Assembly (NCBI GenBank): GCA_046563655.1
Contig: CM102290.1
Coordinates: 7,626,001-7,690,000 of the forward strand
Direction: 5' to 3'
Length of the DNA stretch: 64,000 nucleotides
Source of the DNA: Yuukianura sp. NJ FZ-2021
Lineage: Eukaryota
Shown here: piece by piece, positions 37,542 to 50,196 of the stretch
Position numbering within the stretch: position 1 is the stretch's first letter
How the letters are laid out: each line of letters opens with the position of its first letter
Translations under genes and position numbers: made by a program
The notes under the pieces: generated by a model
What the model was told of the DNA's origin: nothing
The model's database searches: none
What the model saw: the letters and a program-made list of their open reading frames with translations, nothing else

Positions 37542-38456
37542 AGTACGCGAAATTCAGAATTCCAACAATTGGGATTACTTTTGATTCGTGGGGTTATCAT
37601 TTCAAAATTTAAATCACTGTTTTTCGAAATACCAGCTAAAGTCATGTAATATGAGGATGAATTTGTGCTTACTTGTGTCTGATATTTCTTCAAACCAAAC
37701 CTACTGGTTAATGCGCTACTATAATTAATTACGGATCTAATATTTATGATAATCTTTGATTTTCAAAATTATCGGAAATTAAATTGGGCATTGGTGCAAG
37801 TTTTTAAGTATTTTCACCTTATTGGTAAGAGATTTCGAAGATTCTGTATGATGAAGGTTGCACTTTGCAAGTGCGCAATTTTCAAATTCGCAGCGCAACT
37901 TTTGTAAAGTGATGAAAAAGTGCAAAAACAAAGAAGTGGCGAAAGCAACATGCTTTTCCTTCATGAATACATACAAAGTGCTAAAATTTTCGGATTTTCG
38001 CACTTTCAAACAAAAGTTTTAAACGCTGCTGGTTTATCGGTTTCGGTAACTAAACTTTTAATTGTTAGCCGTTACTAACCTACCGAGGAACCGCTAGAAA
38101 TCAAATTTTCACATTACTTCTGTGGTCACCTTTGAGAAATCACCACTGACAGTGCCTGACATGTGAGAGTACCGATTCACACTGTCGATAAGCTGTTGCA
38201 ATTGATTACAATCGCATACTAATTAACAGTTGGGGAAACTCGCTCCTTCGAGTTCCGTATCTGGATCGAATTGGTATCAGAACGATCCACCGATACTATC
38301 GGTAAGTAATCATAAACAATATCGCCGTTGTAGTTAATTGTGTAGTTTTTCCTTAGAACGTAGCCGTAGCCTCACGCTCGATCCTCCTGTATGGTTTAAA
38401 TTTTTCTTAATATTTGTGTATCAGGCGACATCCCAGCAAATAGTTCTGAATTTACG

Positions 38457-40287
38457 ATGACGGAGACGGAGTCAGTGGAATATTTAGAGAAGGTCGTCGG
38501 AGAGAAAACCTTCAAGGTAGACACAAAATGGACGACCGTCTCTGACTTGGCTTATCAGACTATTTTGCCCAAATTACCGTATCCGGCAGACGGAAGTTGC
38601 GACGGTAAACTCGCAACATTCTTCACACATCGAAGACTTCAAAGCGAAGAGAACTTACAGAAGATTCTTGAGCTGCTGAAGTCCATTGAGAAGAGCCATG
38701 CTGCAATGCGGAAGCACGTCAAGCCTCTGTTTTTGCTATTGGGTGAACAAGCGGATGGCCAGGAACCATGGTGCTGTACTGAAAATGAAAACCGGGTTTC
38801 TCAAATTATTGCGGAGCTCTACAGAATCTTTGATATGACAATGGCTGCCCCAGGGCCTCTTTCAGCGTTCTTCCTCCGTGACTTTGAATGCGTCGCTAAT
38901 CCAGCGACAACCACCTTTGCACACATTCTCAAAAAATTTCGTCCAACACTTGGCGCTAAGAATCCGGATTTGAGTAGATATCCGGCGGCTAAGCGGGCCT
39001 TTTTATGGCTTGTTATGCAAGTGAAGGTGAGTTATATTTTTAATCTAATATGCTTAACTGTGGCTATTAAAGTGGTAAATCTGTATGTTAAATGTATTTT
39101 AGCACCCGTACTTGGATGAGTACCTTCAAGACATTATTATTCCTTCACTCAATATGTTGGACGATCATGAAATCATAAGCAATGCCTTAGGACTGTGCTG
39201 CCTGTCTCACACCTTTATCAATACCGTAAGTTTACAACTTGCAAACTTTTTAAAGCATTTTTAAACAGAGTTCATACATTTGGTGCTTTTCTTGTTCTTT
39301 TTTTCCGGAAAATATAACCAATCCCTTTGAGGCCTGAGGAGGCCGTGGAAATGGTTTTTATGTTGTAAAGAATGACAAGTTGCACTAATAGTTTCAATTC
39401 ACAATTGTTTTTAGCCAAAATCGATTGTCAAGCATACTGGATGGGGCCTGGTTGTTTTCGAGCATTATAAAAAATATTTGAATATCAATAAACCCAAGCT
39501 AATCGACGAAGTCATGCCGGAGATCTTCCGAATCCTCAAAATGATCGAAGTTGATCCACACACTCATTCTGCCAAGGTACTTCCAATCTTTCTCGGAGTT
39601 CTACATGGACATTTTTATTAGTTAGGAATTCGAAGGTCTAATGTTATGAAAATCCTTGTAGCTCACTCTCTACGATACCGTCCTGGAATGCTTGCTTAGT
39701 ATCTTGGAGACGACTGATCGGGATGGGTTGGACAAGGTCATTTGGATGCGACATTTGGCCAACTATATGAACATTATGGGTCATGCCATCATGCACTGGT
39801 TTGATAGAATCGTTCGAATACTTGTGGAAAATACAAACTGCATCGAACCAAAAAGATGGTATTGGATCATCAAGGTACTAAAAAATTAGCATTCACCAAT
39901 TACCTAAGCCCTAGGTTAGAAAACAACGTGTATAATCCGAGGTTTGTTCAATTCCAGTGTACTCAAGTCTGTATTTCCAATACATGGATGAAACCGAATT
40001 CTCGTGTCTTCACTGAAATCATTCTACGCGTTGTCTACAACATCAATGTCCTGTTCATGTTCATTAGCCCAGCAGACAATAATGTTGTGAAGGACACAGA
40101 GAAGTTGATCTTGGACTGTTTGACGTGTCTGAAAACCTACAAGGATTATCCTGCAGTCCGAAAACAAATTCTCCAGATTTTGAATAATCCTGATGAAAAG
40201 TTCTCTCCAGACTTTATCGATGCAGCCAAAATCATCTTCCGCTCTGAAAAGGAGAAACGTGCTGGCAAGGCCTCAAAGAAGAAGTAA
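38457..40287 (+). CDS. TTI2: TELO2-interacting protein 2-like
   Basis: LLLGEQADGQEPW, LKKFRPTL...YPAAKRAFLWLVMQVKAPVLDEYL...PSLNMLDDHE...LGLCCLSH, consistent with the Tti2 domain; multi-exon. Confidence 0.72.
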
Positions 40288-40624
40288 CAAAGTATATTTC
40301 ATTTTCAAACTCATTGAATACCTTATCGGTAACTTATTTTCAATTAATTTATGTTCGTAAAGACAGCAGATGGAAGCCAACCAATAAAACGTTAGGCGAA
40401 AAGCCTAAAACATTAGGAGGATCATGTGATATGTTTGTATGTGATATTTCAGAAAATTTGGAATGAGGGATTTTTTTTTTTTTGGAAATTCGTGAAAAAG
40501 CATTTTTAATAATGTGTGAAAGTGTTTTGAGGCCATCTAAGACTACACTAAACGCCCTAAAAAGTTCCAGTTTTTCGGACCAGTCTTCTGGAAGTGGTTG
40601 TCCAACCGAAGTTCAAATTTTTTG

Positions 40625-41093
40625 TCACCTGACCGCAGTCCCAGTCACTCGCGCTTTCGCGTCCCGCTTGTCACGAATCCATTTGTTCAATTCACGTTCC
40701 AATTCAGGCCATTTTGGTAGCCCTCTACGTAACGACCGTCGTTTTTTCTTCATTTTTGTCAATGCGAGTTCCATTTTTCTCCAAGCTCGGACACTGCGTT
40801 CGTTGATCGAAAACTCACGAGCAGCCTTACGGTTGCCAATCACTGCAGCTCTTTGACAAACCAGAAGCTTGAACTCAGCAGTGTACGAATTTCGTCGCAA
40901 CTTTGGCTTAGGATCCATGGTCAAAACGATTATAAATAATGTAAATGGTTGGTTAGACTTTAAAACAAAGTTAAGGGTTGTTGAACATAAATATGTGGGT
41001 TCAAACTCGTGTTTTTCCCGCTCTCATATCTATATGTGGTTTTGAGACTGCGGCTTATGCGCGAGAGCGGCTTATCTGCGAGAAAATACGGTA
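40625..41093 (-). mobile_element. Truncated pogo/Tigger-type DNA transposon: one terminus plus the N-terminal DNA-binding part of the transposase
   Basis: ORF 40924-40625 RRNSYTAEFKL...NRKAAREFSINERSVRAWRK...PKWPELERELNKWI (Brinker-type plus CENP-B HTH). The terminus on the minus strand reads TA-CCGTATTTTCTCGCAGATAAGCCGC at 41093. The DDE domain and the second terminus were not found. Confidence 0.85.
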
Positions 41094-41129
41094 CATAGTA
41101 TGTTTGACAAATTCTTGTCCTCTACAAAG

Positions 41130-41659
41130 CACTATGGGCCGGGTAGGCCTCGTGGCTGGTATTTAGTCGATGTAAGCGATTTTAGTGTTGCAGGCCTAAA
41201 AAGTCTCTCCAGTAGGTGGACTTTTTTTTCACGCAAGGGCTAAGCTTTAGGGCCCTTCGTCATTTCATTATGGCAAGCGGAAGTTGGGATTTAGCATTGC
41301 AGTGTATGGGCTTGTAGTAAATCAGCCCGTTCCCCTAGGTTCCACTATGTATTTTGAAACTCTAAGCGCTAATAGGAAGGTCATACTCTATAGAACATAC
41401 ACTGCTGCCCTTTTTTGCATTTTCGCAGTAGTGCGTCTGAAACGGCCTATCGAAGGTCACCAGAGGTCAAGAGGTCATCCTATGACGACCCCACACAAAC
41501 AAGGTGTCGTTGGAAAGCTCTTGACCTGCTGATTCCGAAAATATATAGGTCTCAATACTTTGGTTCAGTCGTTTAGTCGTAAGGGGTCACTGACTACATG
41601 TTATATTATTTCACTTATTATAATTTTTACCAAACACAAAGCCTATCCGGCCCATAGTG
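41130..41659. mobile_element. Transib-type non-autonomous element (MITE)
   Basis: TIRs CACTATGGGCCGGGTAGGC / GCCTATCCGGCCCATAGTG (1 mismatch), with the perfect 5-bp TSD CAAAG at 41125-41129 and 41660-41664. Confidence 0.9.
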
Positions 41660-41980
41660 CAAAGGTCGGATCACTTCTAATCAATTCCTGACTCATTGAA
41701 AGGAATGTGTTCAATTTGTTGGAAATCCAATATTAATTATTTGACTTGATTAATCTAAAAGATGCTTGATATGGTACCCAATACGTATGTCAGCAATCAG
41801 GTAGCAATGACAATGTCTCAATGCTAAGTAATAAGCGGGGAAAGGCGGCGGGAGAGTTGCTAATTTTTTCGGTCGGTTTCAGAAAGACAGTTCTAAAATT
41901 TGTTCTAAAAAAAGTTTGCAGTTCTAAAATTCTACCTTATTAATCCAACGAAGTGATTTAATTACTTGAATTGACCAACG

Positions 41981-44212
41981 ATGGCTCCGTCAACGGTTGA
42001 CAAACTAAGACGATCTATCGTTACAGGCTTTAGATTAAATGGGCTTTCTTTATCCTGGTAAGACCCATCATTGTGAGACGTTAGAGTAGAAAATAATTAC
42101 TGTAACCTAAACCTAATTACTTGTATTGTATTTCGGTGTTGTAGTGATGCGATGACGTACCTGTTAGAAGTATTGAAAGACTTTGCTGCAAAGGAACAGG
42201 ATCAGTGGCTGGAAACAATTCTGGACCGGATTCAGCGGTTGACTTTAACCAGCTCTCTGATTAGTCTTGAAATTATTACACAAGCAGTAAAGGTAAACTC
42301 CCTCGTAGCCCTTCGTATGACATTGACAGTCTTCATATATCTGGAAATGGGTTTGTATAGGAATGCGGGAGGGGTGATGAAGGCTCTCAGGATGACTTGC
42401 TTCACATCATTGATGCCTTCGACGTTCCAAAATTGACATATGACCCCGATAGAAAAAAGTTTTTGCCTGATACTTCTAAACCGCGTATCCTGGCTGAAGC
42501 TTCAGAGAAACCAAAAATTTTCAGATACAGGTAAAGGGCAAGTGAGCCATCAATTTAATCATGCTTTGAAGCTTCAGTAGTCGACTCCACTAATTTGTTC
42601 TCTGCAACAGGTACTCTGTCATCCTACAAAGAGTTCTGAATCATAAGCTCTTCACGCCGACTATTCTTGGAATTGGGTCAAGTCTTGGCCCAAAGAAGTA
42701 TGACCTAAAGACTATAGAGCACGTCATTGGTTCAGCTACGTGTAAGGAGAAGTCGATCGTTTTAGGAATGATTGCTCAACTCAAGGAAGGGAAATTTTTT
42801 CTGGAAGATTTGACTGGGTCTATAGAAATGGACATGACAGAATGTGTATTTCAGAACGGATTTTATACGGAGAGTTGTTTTATTCTGGCAGAAGGAACGT
42901 ATGAAGCGGGAATTTTTCGGGTGATTACGGCTGGATGTCCACCACCAGAGGATGCATCCAGCTCAAGGTAAAGACGGTAAAAACGATTCATTCATTTCAC
43001 GATGATCTAAATGCCACAAGTATGCGTTTTACTATTATGTTAAACCTTGCAGAAGCTATTATGGGATGACAAATTTCTTTGGAGGTCCACCAATTTCCGT
43101 AAACAAAGAGAGACTCGAACTACAGGAACGAACACACGATGGATTTACTTTTGTCGTACTTTCGGATGTACATCTCGATAATCTAGAGGTCAAGCTTGTT
43201 ATAAATTATTCCTGTTATGGAAGAGAGTTCTGTCGCAAGCAGTCGCTCACTAATTAACAATTGCTTTTCTTACAGACACTGAATAAGCTGCGGATCATGT
43301 TCGAGGGCTACAGCGGTCTGTATGGGGGACTCTTCGTTTTTATGGGTAACTTCCTATCGGATCCAGCTGGAAAAGAAAAGCCCGTAGCCCTCCGTAACGC
43401 CTTCAAGGCCCTAGCCGACATAATTGTAGACTTTCCTAATCTAGTGCAGACGTTCAAATTCGTAATTGTTCCGGGTCCAATGGATCCAGGCTTTGCAAAT
43501 ATTCTACCACGGTAAATATTTGTTTCCTTGTACCTTGTTAATTGATGCGTGTTAACGATGCTTGTGATCTAGGCCTCCTTTCGCAGACGTTATTACGTCC
43601 TCCTTCAAAGAAAAAGTACCAAATACGATCTTCGCTACTAACCCATGCCGAATCAAGTATTGCACAAAGGAAATTATAATTCTACGTGAAGATGTAATGA
43701 GCAAAATGGTTCGGAGGACTATTTACTATCCAACTAACGAAAGCATTCCCGAGACGGTAACTTTTTACCTTATGCTTTAGTGTTATATTGAATGTAGTGG
43801 TTAATTGAACTGATAACTGAAATTACTTTTTACGTTTGTAGTTTGTCAAAACAATTATCAGTCAGAGCCATCTGTGTCCATTGCCACTCCATAGCTGTCC
43901 TGTCTATTGGAGTTACGATCATGCCTTATCCCTTTATCCTCTTCCAAACGTTGTGATAATTGGTGACAGTGGAGAAGCCTACAGTTTGAGCAGTGACGGA
44001 TGCAATTTTTTCAATCCCGTAAGAAGTTCTGCTTTTCATGATACAGCCAATATGCCAATAAGCTATAAAATTCTGCAATAATAACTACCATTATAACCCC
44101 ATTTTCGTCACTGATCTTTCAGGGACCATTCCTAAACAATTTCTCATTTGTGACGTACAACCCATTTACAAACGAAGTTGACCAAAGCCAAGTGCCTGCA
44201 GACATGGAATAA
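41981..44212 (+). CDS. POLE2: DNA polymerase epsilon subunit 2
   Basis: IIDAFDVPKLTYDPDRKKF, GKFFLEDLTG, NFFGG, VLSDVHLD, FVFMGNF, VPGPMDPG..ILPRPP, TNPCRIKY, QSHLCPL, PVYWSYDHALSLYPLP, NPG.F. Confidence 0.95.
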
Positions 44213-44385
44213 GAACGTGATCACTGTTTAGCTTATTGAAATGTATTCTTCGAATAAAAAATTTTTTAACGTAACAGTGCACTAACTTTAGTAGTAGTAA
44301 TGATTATACTTAACTTTAGTAGTACTGCTTATGCTGAAATTGACCTTTATGGAAATTCTGTGTACACGACAAAGACGGTTTTCTA

Positions 44386-45194
44386 TCACTTCTTCGATGA
44401 CCCGAACCCGGAAAACCCCATCATAGCAGCAATGTCCGGCTCCGCCTCAAATTCAGTACTTGATGTAGCTGTTTCTGCCTTTTGACGTTGCTTCTTCTCT
44501 TGACGCCGTTCTCGTCGATACTCACGGGCTTTTTCCTCCTATTGAATAGTACGGATGTATAACTATTAGTTAAATGCTGGGTTTTCACTGTTGACAATTG
44601 CAGCTCATTCATACCTCTTCCTGAAGTTCGGATACTCTCTGCTCAAAGTCGTAAGTCTTCTTCTCCTCCTCTTTCTTCTTTTTCAGCGTCTGGAATCGCT
44701 GCTTGACTTGGTCAAGTGATGATCTTTCAATTTTCATGGACATTCCCAAATTCCTTTGATCTAATGAATATAACAAATGTATTAAAAGTACACTCAACTC
44801 TCAACATTGTGCTACTCACGCTTTTTTCCATTGACATGGTCCAGGAAGTTGATTGAGTCTTTGACAATACAAACGCAGACGTTGCAATAGTATCCACCAG
44901 CTTGGGACGCTGGAGTGTTCTTCGTAATGACGGTAGACTTCCCGAGTCTAGAATCGAGATCAATACGATAGTCCCTTTGTCGTAACAGTTCACGTTTCTT
45001 AGGAACTTCTCCGTCGCTGTCACTCCCATTTTCCTCAGCAGCTCGTTTACGTGCCAATTCTTCATACTCGATTGTATCCCACTTCCTTCTGTGCTCCGGA
45101 GCCTGAAACAAACAAAACCCGTTGAAATTAAAATTATAATGATTAGTAAGTGTCGAATTTCGAATAAGATATTTACCCTGTTTGGAGTAGCCAT
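44386..45194 (-). CDS. ZMAT2: Zinc finger matrin-type protein 2 (Snu23)
   Basis: [61 protein letters not shown] and C-terminal AAMMGFSGFGSSKK. Confidence 0.96.
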
Positions 45195-45607
45195 ATCGAA
45201 TCTAAAGGAGAACCCCACGTACGATTATCAACTAGAACCTTAATAAATCTAAATCAAACTGAACTGAAATGCTTAAAACAAATTGTGGACGTATTTTCGG
45301 ATAACGTTCTATCCAATGTAAATCAATACCTTAATTATATGTGTAAGTTGCACTTAATTAATTTTACTCTAAAATCGAAATTGACACCAAATCAGCTGGT
45401 ACTTCTCCAAAGTTTTAACGTTGTTTGTTGTTGAAAAACAAACTATGCTGGGCAAAGACTATGTGTAGCTTAGCTTGTTACAACTTTGTAGCTATGTTTT
45501 GATTGTTTCTTTACAACATCCCATAATTATCCAATTAGTATAAAGTATTATATTAAAATTTTAAATTTTAAAGTAGTATATTAAAATTTATATTATTGGG
45601 ATTTATA

Positions 45608-46366
45608 TGAGGGGAGATCGACTGCTTTTCAACACGTATTTCTGCAAGCTTTTTTTTTTTAAATCACAAACAAAAATTCGTTGCAGCAAATCCAGACGTC
45701 GAAAATAGCGTAAAAGTAAAAGTGAATTTTTCAAAATTTTGCCACGTCAAAAAGTTAGAGAACAGGTGAATTTTTCACGAGCCCTACTTTTCGAGACGGT
45801 AGAATACGCATGAATTTTCCGCAAGTGAAATACATCAAAAGTTGAAGTTCAGCTGAATTGTTCAAAATGCTAAATCCTACAGAAGCAATTGTAAAAGTGA
45901 ATTTTGAGTGCAAAGTAGACTTAATGAAAACAGTTGAGGCATACACAACCAAAATGGGGCTTATGTTTCAGTGGAAAAGATCCTAAAAAGTGTGACGGAC
46001 GGACGGACGAAGTCGTACCAATAGTCTTCTTCAGCATGTCGTAGACATGCGTCTCCAGAAGACTTATTATAACAACGTCTCGATTTTTTGAAAGTTTCTT
46101 ATAACAACGGCTCGATTCTCTGCAAGCTTTTTATAACAGCGCCTCGATTTTCCGCAAGTTTTTTATAACAGCGGCTCGATTCTCCGCAAACCTTTTTTTA
46201 TATTCCTCCTCGGCCCTCGCCTAAAAAAAAGCTTGCAGAAAGTGTTGAAATTAACATTTTCTGCAAACTATTTTCGACGTCTCGATTTGCTGCAAGGAAT
46301 TTTTGTTTGTGTTTGTTAAAAAAAACTTGCAGCAAATTATGTTGAAAAGCAGTCGATCTCCCCTCA
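45608..46366. mobile_element. TA-flanked MITE with ~100-bp TIRs (Tc1/mariner-like), composite interior
   Basis: TA|TGAGGGGAGATCGACTGCTTTTCAACA ... TGTTGAAAAGCAGTCGATCTCCCCTCA|TA. Inverted similarity extends through CAAACAAAAATTC.TTGCAGCAAATC.AGACGTCGAAAATAG. Four ~32-bp subrepeats lie at 46067-46195. Confidence 0.85.
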
Positions 46367-46441
46367 TAGACAACGTGCAAAAGCTTCACCATGGTTACAC
46401 CTTTGATATTGTAAACCCGCCTGGTCTCAGCGCCTGCTGTG

Positions 46442-46779
46442 CATAGATGTAAATTGCCGGTTCGCCGAACTTTAGGGCGCGAAACCATCGAACTGCGCCC
46501 CACCCGCGCCCGCGCTTTGGGTCGGCGCGGTTTGGGTCGAGGAGGACCTTTTTGTGTTTAAGTTCGGCGCGGTTCGGGGTGCGAGGTAGAAATGATCGAA
46601 CCGAACCGACCCCCATAAGGTAACATACGTTCGGGGTTTGAAGGAAAATTGCAAAGCGCAGTTCGGTTCGGTTCGAGGCCGAGAATTTTTCGGAAACCGC
46701 AGTTCGGGTCGGTTCGAGACAATTTTTCACAAGCCCAACGCAGTTCGAAAGTTTGACGAACCGGCTATTTACATCTATG
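46442..46779. mobile_element. hAT-type non-autonomous element (MITE)
   Basis: TIRs CATAGATGTAAATTGCCGGTTCG / CGAACCGGCTATTTACATCTATG (1 mismatch), perfect 8-bp TSD CTGCTGTG (46434-46441; 46780-46787), and many internal GGTTCG/CGAACC motifs. Confidence 0.92.
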
Positions 46780-47037
46780 CTGCTGTGTTGACGAGTCGGG
46801 TCTAATTAATAACGGATCGAGGTTCTAATTAATTACGAGGTAATTGTAATAATAAGTTGTATATATAGTTACTACTTCATCGTCCCCTTCACCCGTCACA
46901 CAGCAACTGAATCGGGACAGACATCCTGCTTCTGCTTTATAAATCTGAAACTATTCATATGATAATTTGAGTTAAGGTTAATCGTTGATCAGATCTGTCC
47001 AAACCCTCGACAAAGGCTAACACTTACTTTCCCAACA

Positions 47038-47939
47038 ATGGTCCGTGACAAGGATGTTGAAAACGGGAAAGCTGTGCAGCAGCAGCTCCGTAAGTAATGC
47101 AGCGCAGATGCAGTAGGAGCTGTAAATAGTAAATTCTTGCATGGATGATTAAGAGTTTAATTGTTAAACTGAATTGTAATTTATAGGAATATGGGACGTC
47201 CTGTTGGAAATAAGAATCCGGCTACAGAAGATGCTTATAGAAGCTAACAAACTGCCACAGGATAAACAGTACTGGACATTCTACGAATCTACATCCGCGT
47301 CCGAGACTGGAAGCAGCGCATCAGCTGTCCCCATTGTGAAAAGCAACATTGAAAATGTTCTTCAGAGTATGTTGGAGCTCAAGGTGACATTTTTTCTTAA
47401 ATAACCATACTCTTGCTATCATCTATAACCGTAACTATTTGGTATAATTTCAGCGTGTTACAGAATGTGAAACGCCTTATCAATTACCGGCGCAAACTCA
47501 GAACCAGATTGAACAAATTACTAGCGATAAAGAGCGACTACTGCGGCGTACTAAAGTGAAGCGAACCAAGTACAATGTAATTGGAAAGATCAAGAAAGCT
47601 GCTGAGGCCGAAGCTACTGATGGAACAGAAGTGGAGGACTTCGATCCAGAGATATTTGACGACGACGACTTCTATCATCAGATTCTTCGTGAACTAATTG
47701 AAAGAAAGACAACGGATGTCACAGACCCTGTTCAGCTTAGCCGTCATTGGTTAGAACTCCAGAAGTTACGGAGCAAAATCAAACGAAAAGTGGATACAAG
47801 GGCCTCGAAGGCCCGCAAAATTCGGTATGAAGTGTACCCGAAACTGATCAACTTGATGGCTCCGGCTGAGGAAAGCCGAATGGAAGCTCACGCGATAAAT
47901 GAACTTTTTTCATCACTTTTCAACCAGTCAAGATTTTGA
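47038..47939 (+). CDS. AATF: AATF/Che-1/Bfr2-like protein, unusually short; exons ~47038-47089, 47188-47382, 47454-47939
   Basis: GKAVQQQL.IWDVLLEIRIRLQK...NKLPQ and the TRAUB domain DPEIFDDDDFYHQILRELIERK...KVDTRASKARKIRY...KLINLMAP...ELFSSLF. Confidence 0.88.
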
Positions 47940-48076
47940 TTGTAGAGTTTATTTTTACGTTCGAAAGTAAATAAATATGTAAATCGCTTTCAATACTTTG
48001 GTTTCGATTTAGATTTCAAAACTTATTTGACGCGTGGAATTGGATTAACGTAAACGAGTACATAATACCGGAACTG

Positions 48077-48698
48077 CTAAAACTTTACGATTAGCCAAAT
48101 AATGAAAAAGATGAAGAAGGCGAACAGTATTAGGTACAAGGTGACGTAGGCTTGACTGCCTCTACCAAGACGTTTGACCCTGCTCATTGCACTGCCGAGG
48201 AATCCTCCAGCTCCGTCCATTTGGTCATCCTGTACGCAAAATAAAAATGAATCTGTGGAATTGAATGAAGGATTTAACGCTTCACTTTTATCATGTTATT
48301 TTACCATATCGGAGAGGAATTTGTTTTGGCCACGCACTTCGCTTCCAATGTCAATGGTAAGCTGAAACCCAATAGATATTGCAAGAATTATCAACTCAGA
48401 CTAACTTCTTTCTGTACTGAAATCAGTACTAGTGGTAAAAGTATATCTTACCGCTCTGAGGGAATCTATTTTCCCCTTCAGTTCATCAGTCATACGATCA
48501 TTTTCAGTTTCTAGAATTGAGTCCGTACCGTTTCTTTGATAGCTAGTGCCAGGACCAGGAGGGTACGCTAACAAAGAGCCAACAAATGCCGTATTCCAAT
48601 TATCAAATTTAAGAAGCATAAGGCATGCTACTACTACTACGTTTAGTTCGCTCATTGTAAGTTTGCAATATATGCTCACCTGAGTGAGCCCGGCGCAT
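48077..48698 (-). CDS. BET1: BET1 homolog (Qc-SNARE)
   Basis: MRRAH..., ENDRMTDELKGKIDSLRA|LTIDIGSEVRGQNKFLSDM|DDQMD...FLGSAMSRVKRL and a C-terminal TM helix. Confidence 0.92.
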
Positions 48699-49135
48699 TG
48701 TTATTCCTGTGGTTTCTTAACTAAAGTTATAAACTCTCGAAAAAAAAAAACTGCCTTCACAGGTAAAGAGGTAACACAAACGATTGATGATTACAAAACT
48801 TTTTTTAATTTGCAGTCAAACATTTTTCGAAGTCAACTGTTTATTGCTTTTTCTCTCTGATGTTTTAGAAATGTTAATTGGGATTCCATTTGAGCACTAG
48901 TTAACAATGGGAGTGGAACCATACGCTTGTAGGGTTGAAACTAAGTATGAAATGTAAATGTGTTGAAAAAAGTGCCGAATCAAATTCTGACAAGTCAAGT
49001 CAAGTCAGCTGTCAGTTTTTTACGAGGCCCCCAATTTTGTAAGGTAGATTTATAAAAAAAAAAATCACGGAGGGAAGGGTTTCAATTAATAATCTGTTAG
49101 TTAATTACCAATAGTTCACACGAAAGTTAAGAATA

Positions 49136-49720
49136 ATGTCGATTCCTAAGGCAGATCCTAGAAGAGCTGACCGAGTTAGAAGGTAAATTTCACAGTAATT
49201 ACTGTTCCTGTTCTTCGAATGAGGTGCTAATTTACCTTAAAAGGTAAATTCAATTTTACAACGCTCACCGTTACATAATTGATTTTATTTTTGCGATTTT
49301 AGATACAAAAATTTTGCAATAACATTTGAAGACTACACTTCAGATTATATGAGCGTGATGGGAATGCTCTTCAGCATGTTTGGATTAATGATGAGGGTAC
49401 GGATTTATGCAATTGTATTAATAGATTGTCTAGTATTTGTATGGTCTATTTCATTACCGTTTCAGATGAAATGGTGCTCCTGGATTGCAATCTACTGCTC
49501 GTGCATTGGTTTCGCCTCTTCAAGGCTTCAAGATGATGCGAAACAAATCTTCAGCAGCTTTATGTAATTACGTTTTACTTTTTGTTATATTAGTATCAAT
49601 CGTTTAAAATCGAATACTTATTCATTCTCTTACTTGCAATTCTCCAGGTTGTCCATATCGGCCGTAGTAATGTCTTATCTTCAAAATCCAGTTCCGATGA
49701 CACTACCGTTATCGCAGTAG
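49136..49720 (+). CDS. WDR83OS: Protein Asterix / PAT complex subunit (WDR83OS)
   Basis: [11 protein letters not shown]...[24 protein letters not shown]...[28 protein letters not shown]. Confidence 0.93.
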
Positions 49721-50196
49721 CGAATGAAATCAACTAGGGTCTCAGCACAAAACGTTCCATTAACTTCTGCTGCGTACTACCGTCAGCACCGCACGGATAT
49801 CATCAGTCAAACTCCTTTAATATGCAATTACTTAGTTCGGGTTACTTTTGTTTGCCTATTTAGTAGTTCACTTGCCACGGCAGTGGAGACTGTTAGGATA
49901 TCAAGTAATTCGAATCCCATTTAATTCAAGTATAGCCAAGTAAATAATTGGATTATTATTTCCCGTCGAAATTTAAAATAGGAAACTATCGCATTTATAA
50001 GCAAATTCTATACAAAGGAACCCCTCTTTGCGTACACTAAAACCATACAAAAATATTTGAGACCGTTCTTGATCAGAGTCTCCCTGAATTACTAGAAATC
50101 ATTCATCACTTAGCAGACTATTTGGAAGAGAACTATGAAATATATATTGATATTTTAAGGCACCGCGTAGGAAGACAGCCGTTGCTGTTGCTAGCA

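Noticed and set aside
46395..46730. ORFs inside the GC-rich island
   Set aside because: They lie mostly within the hAT MITE and are open because of GC-rich repeats. No transposase motifs.
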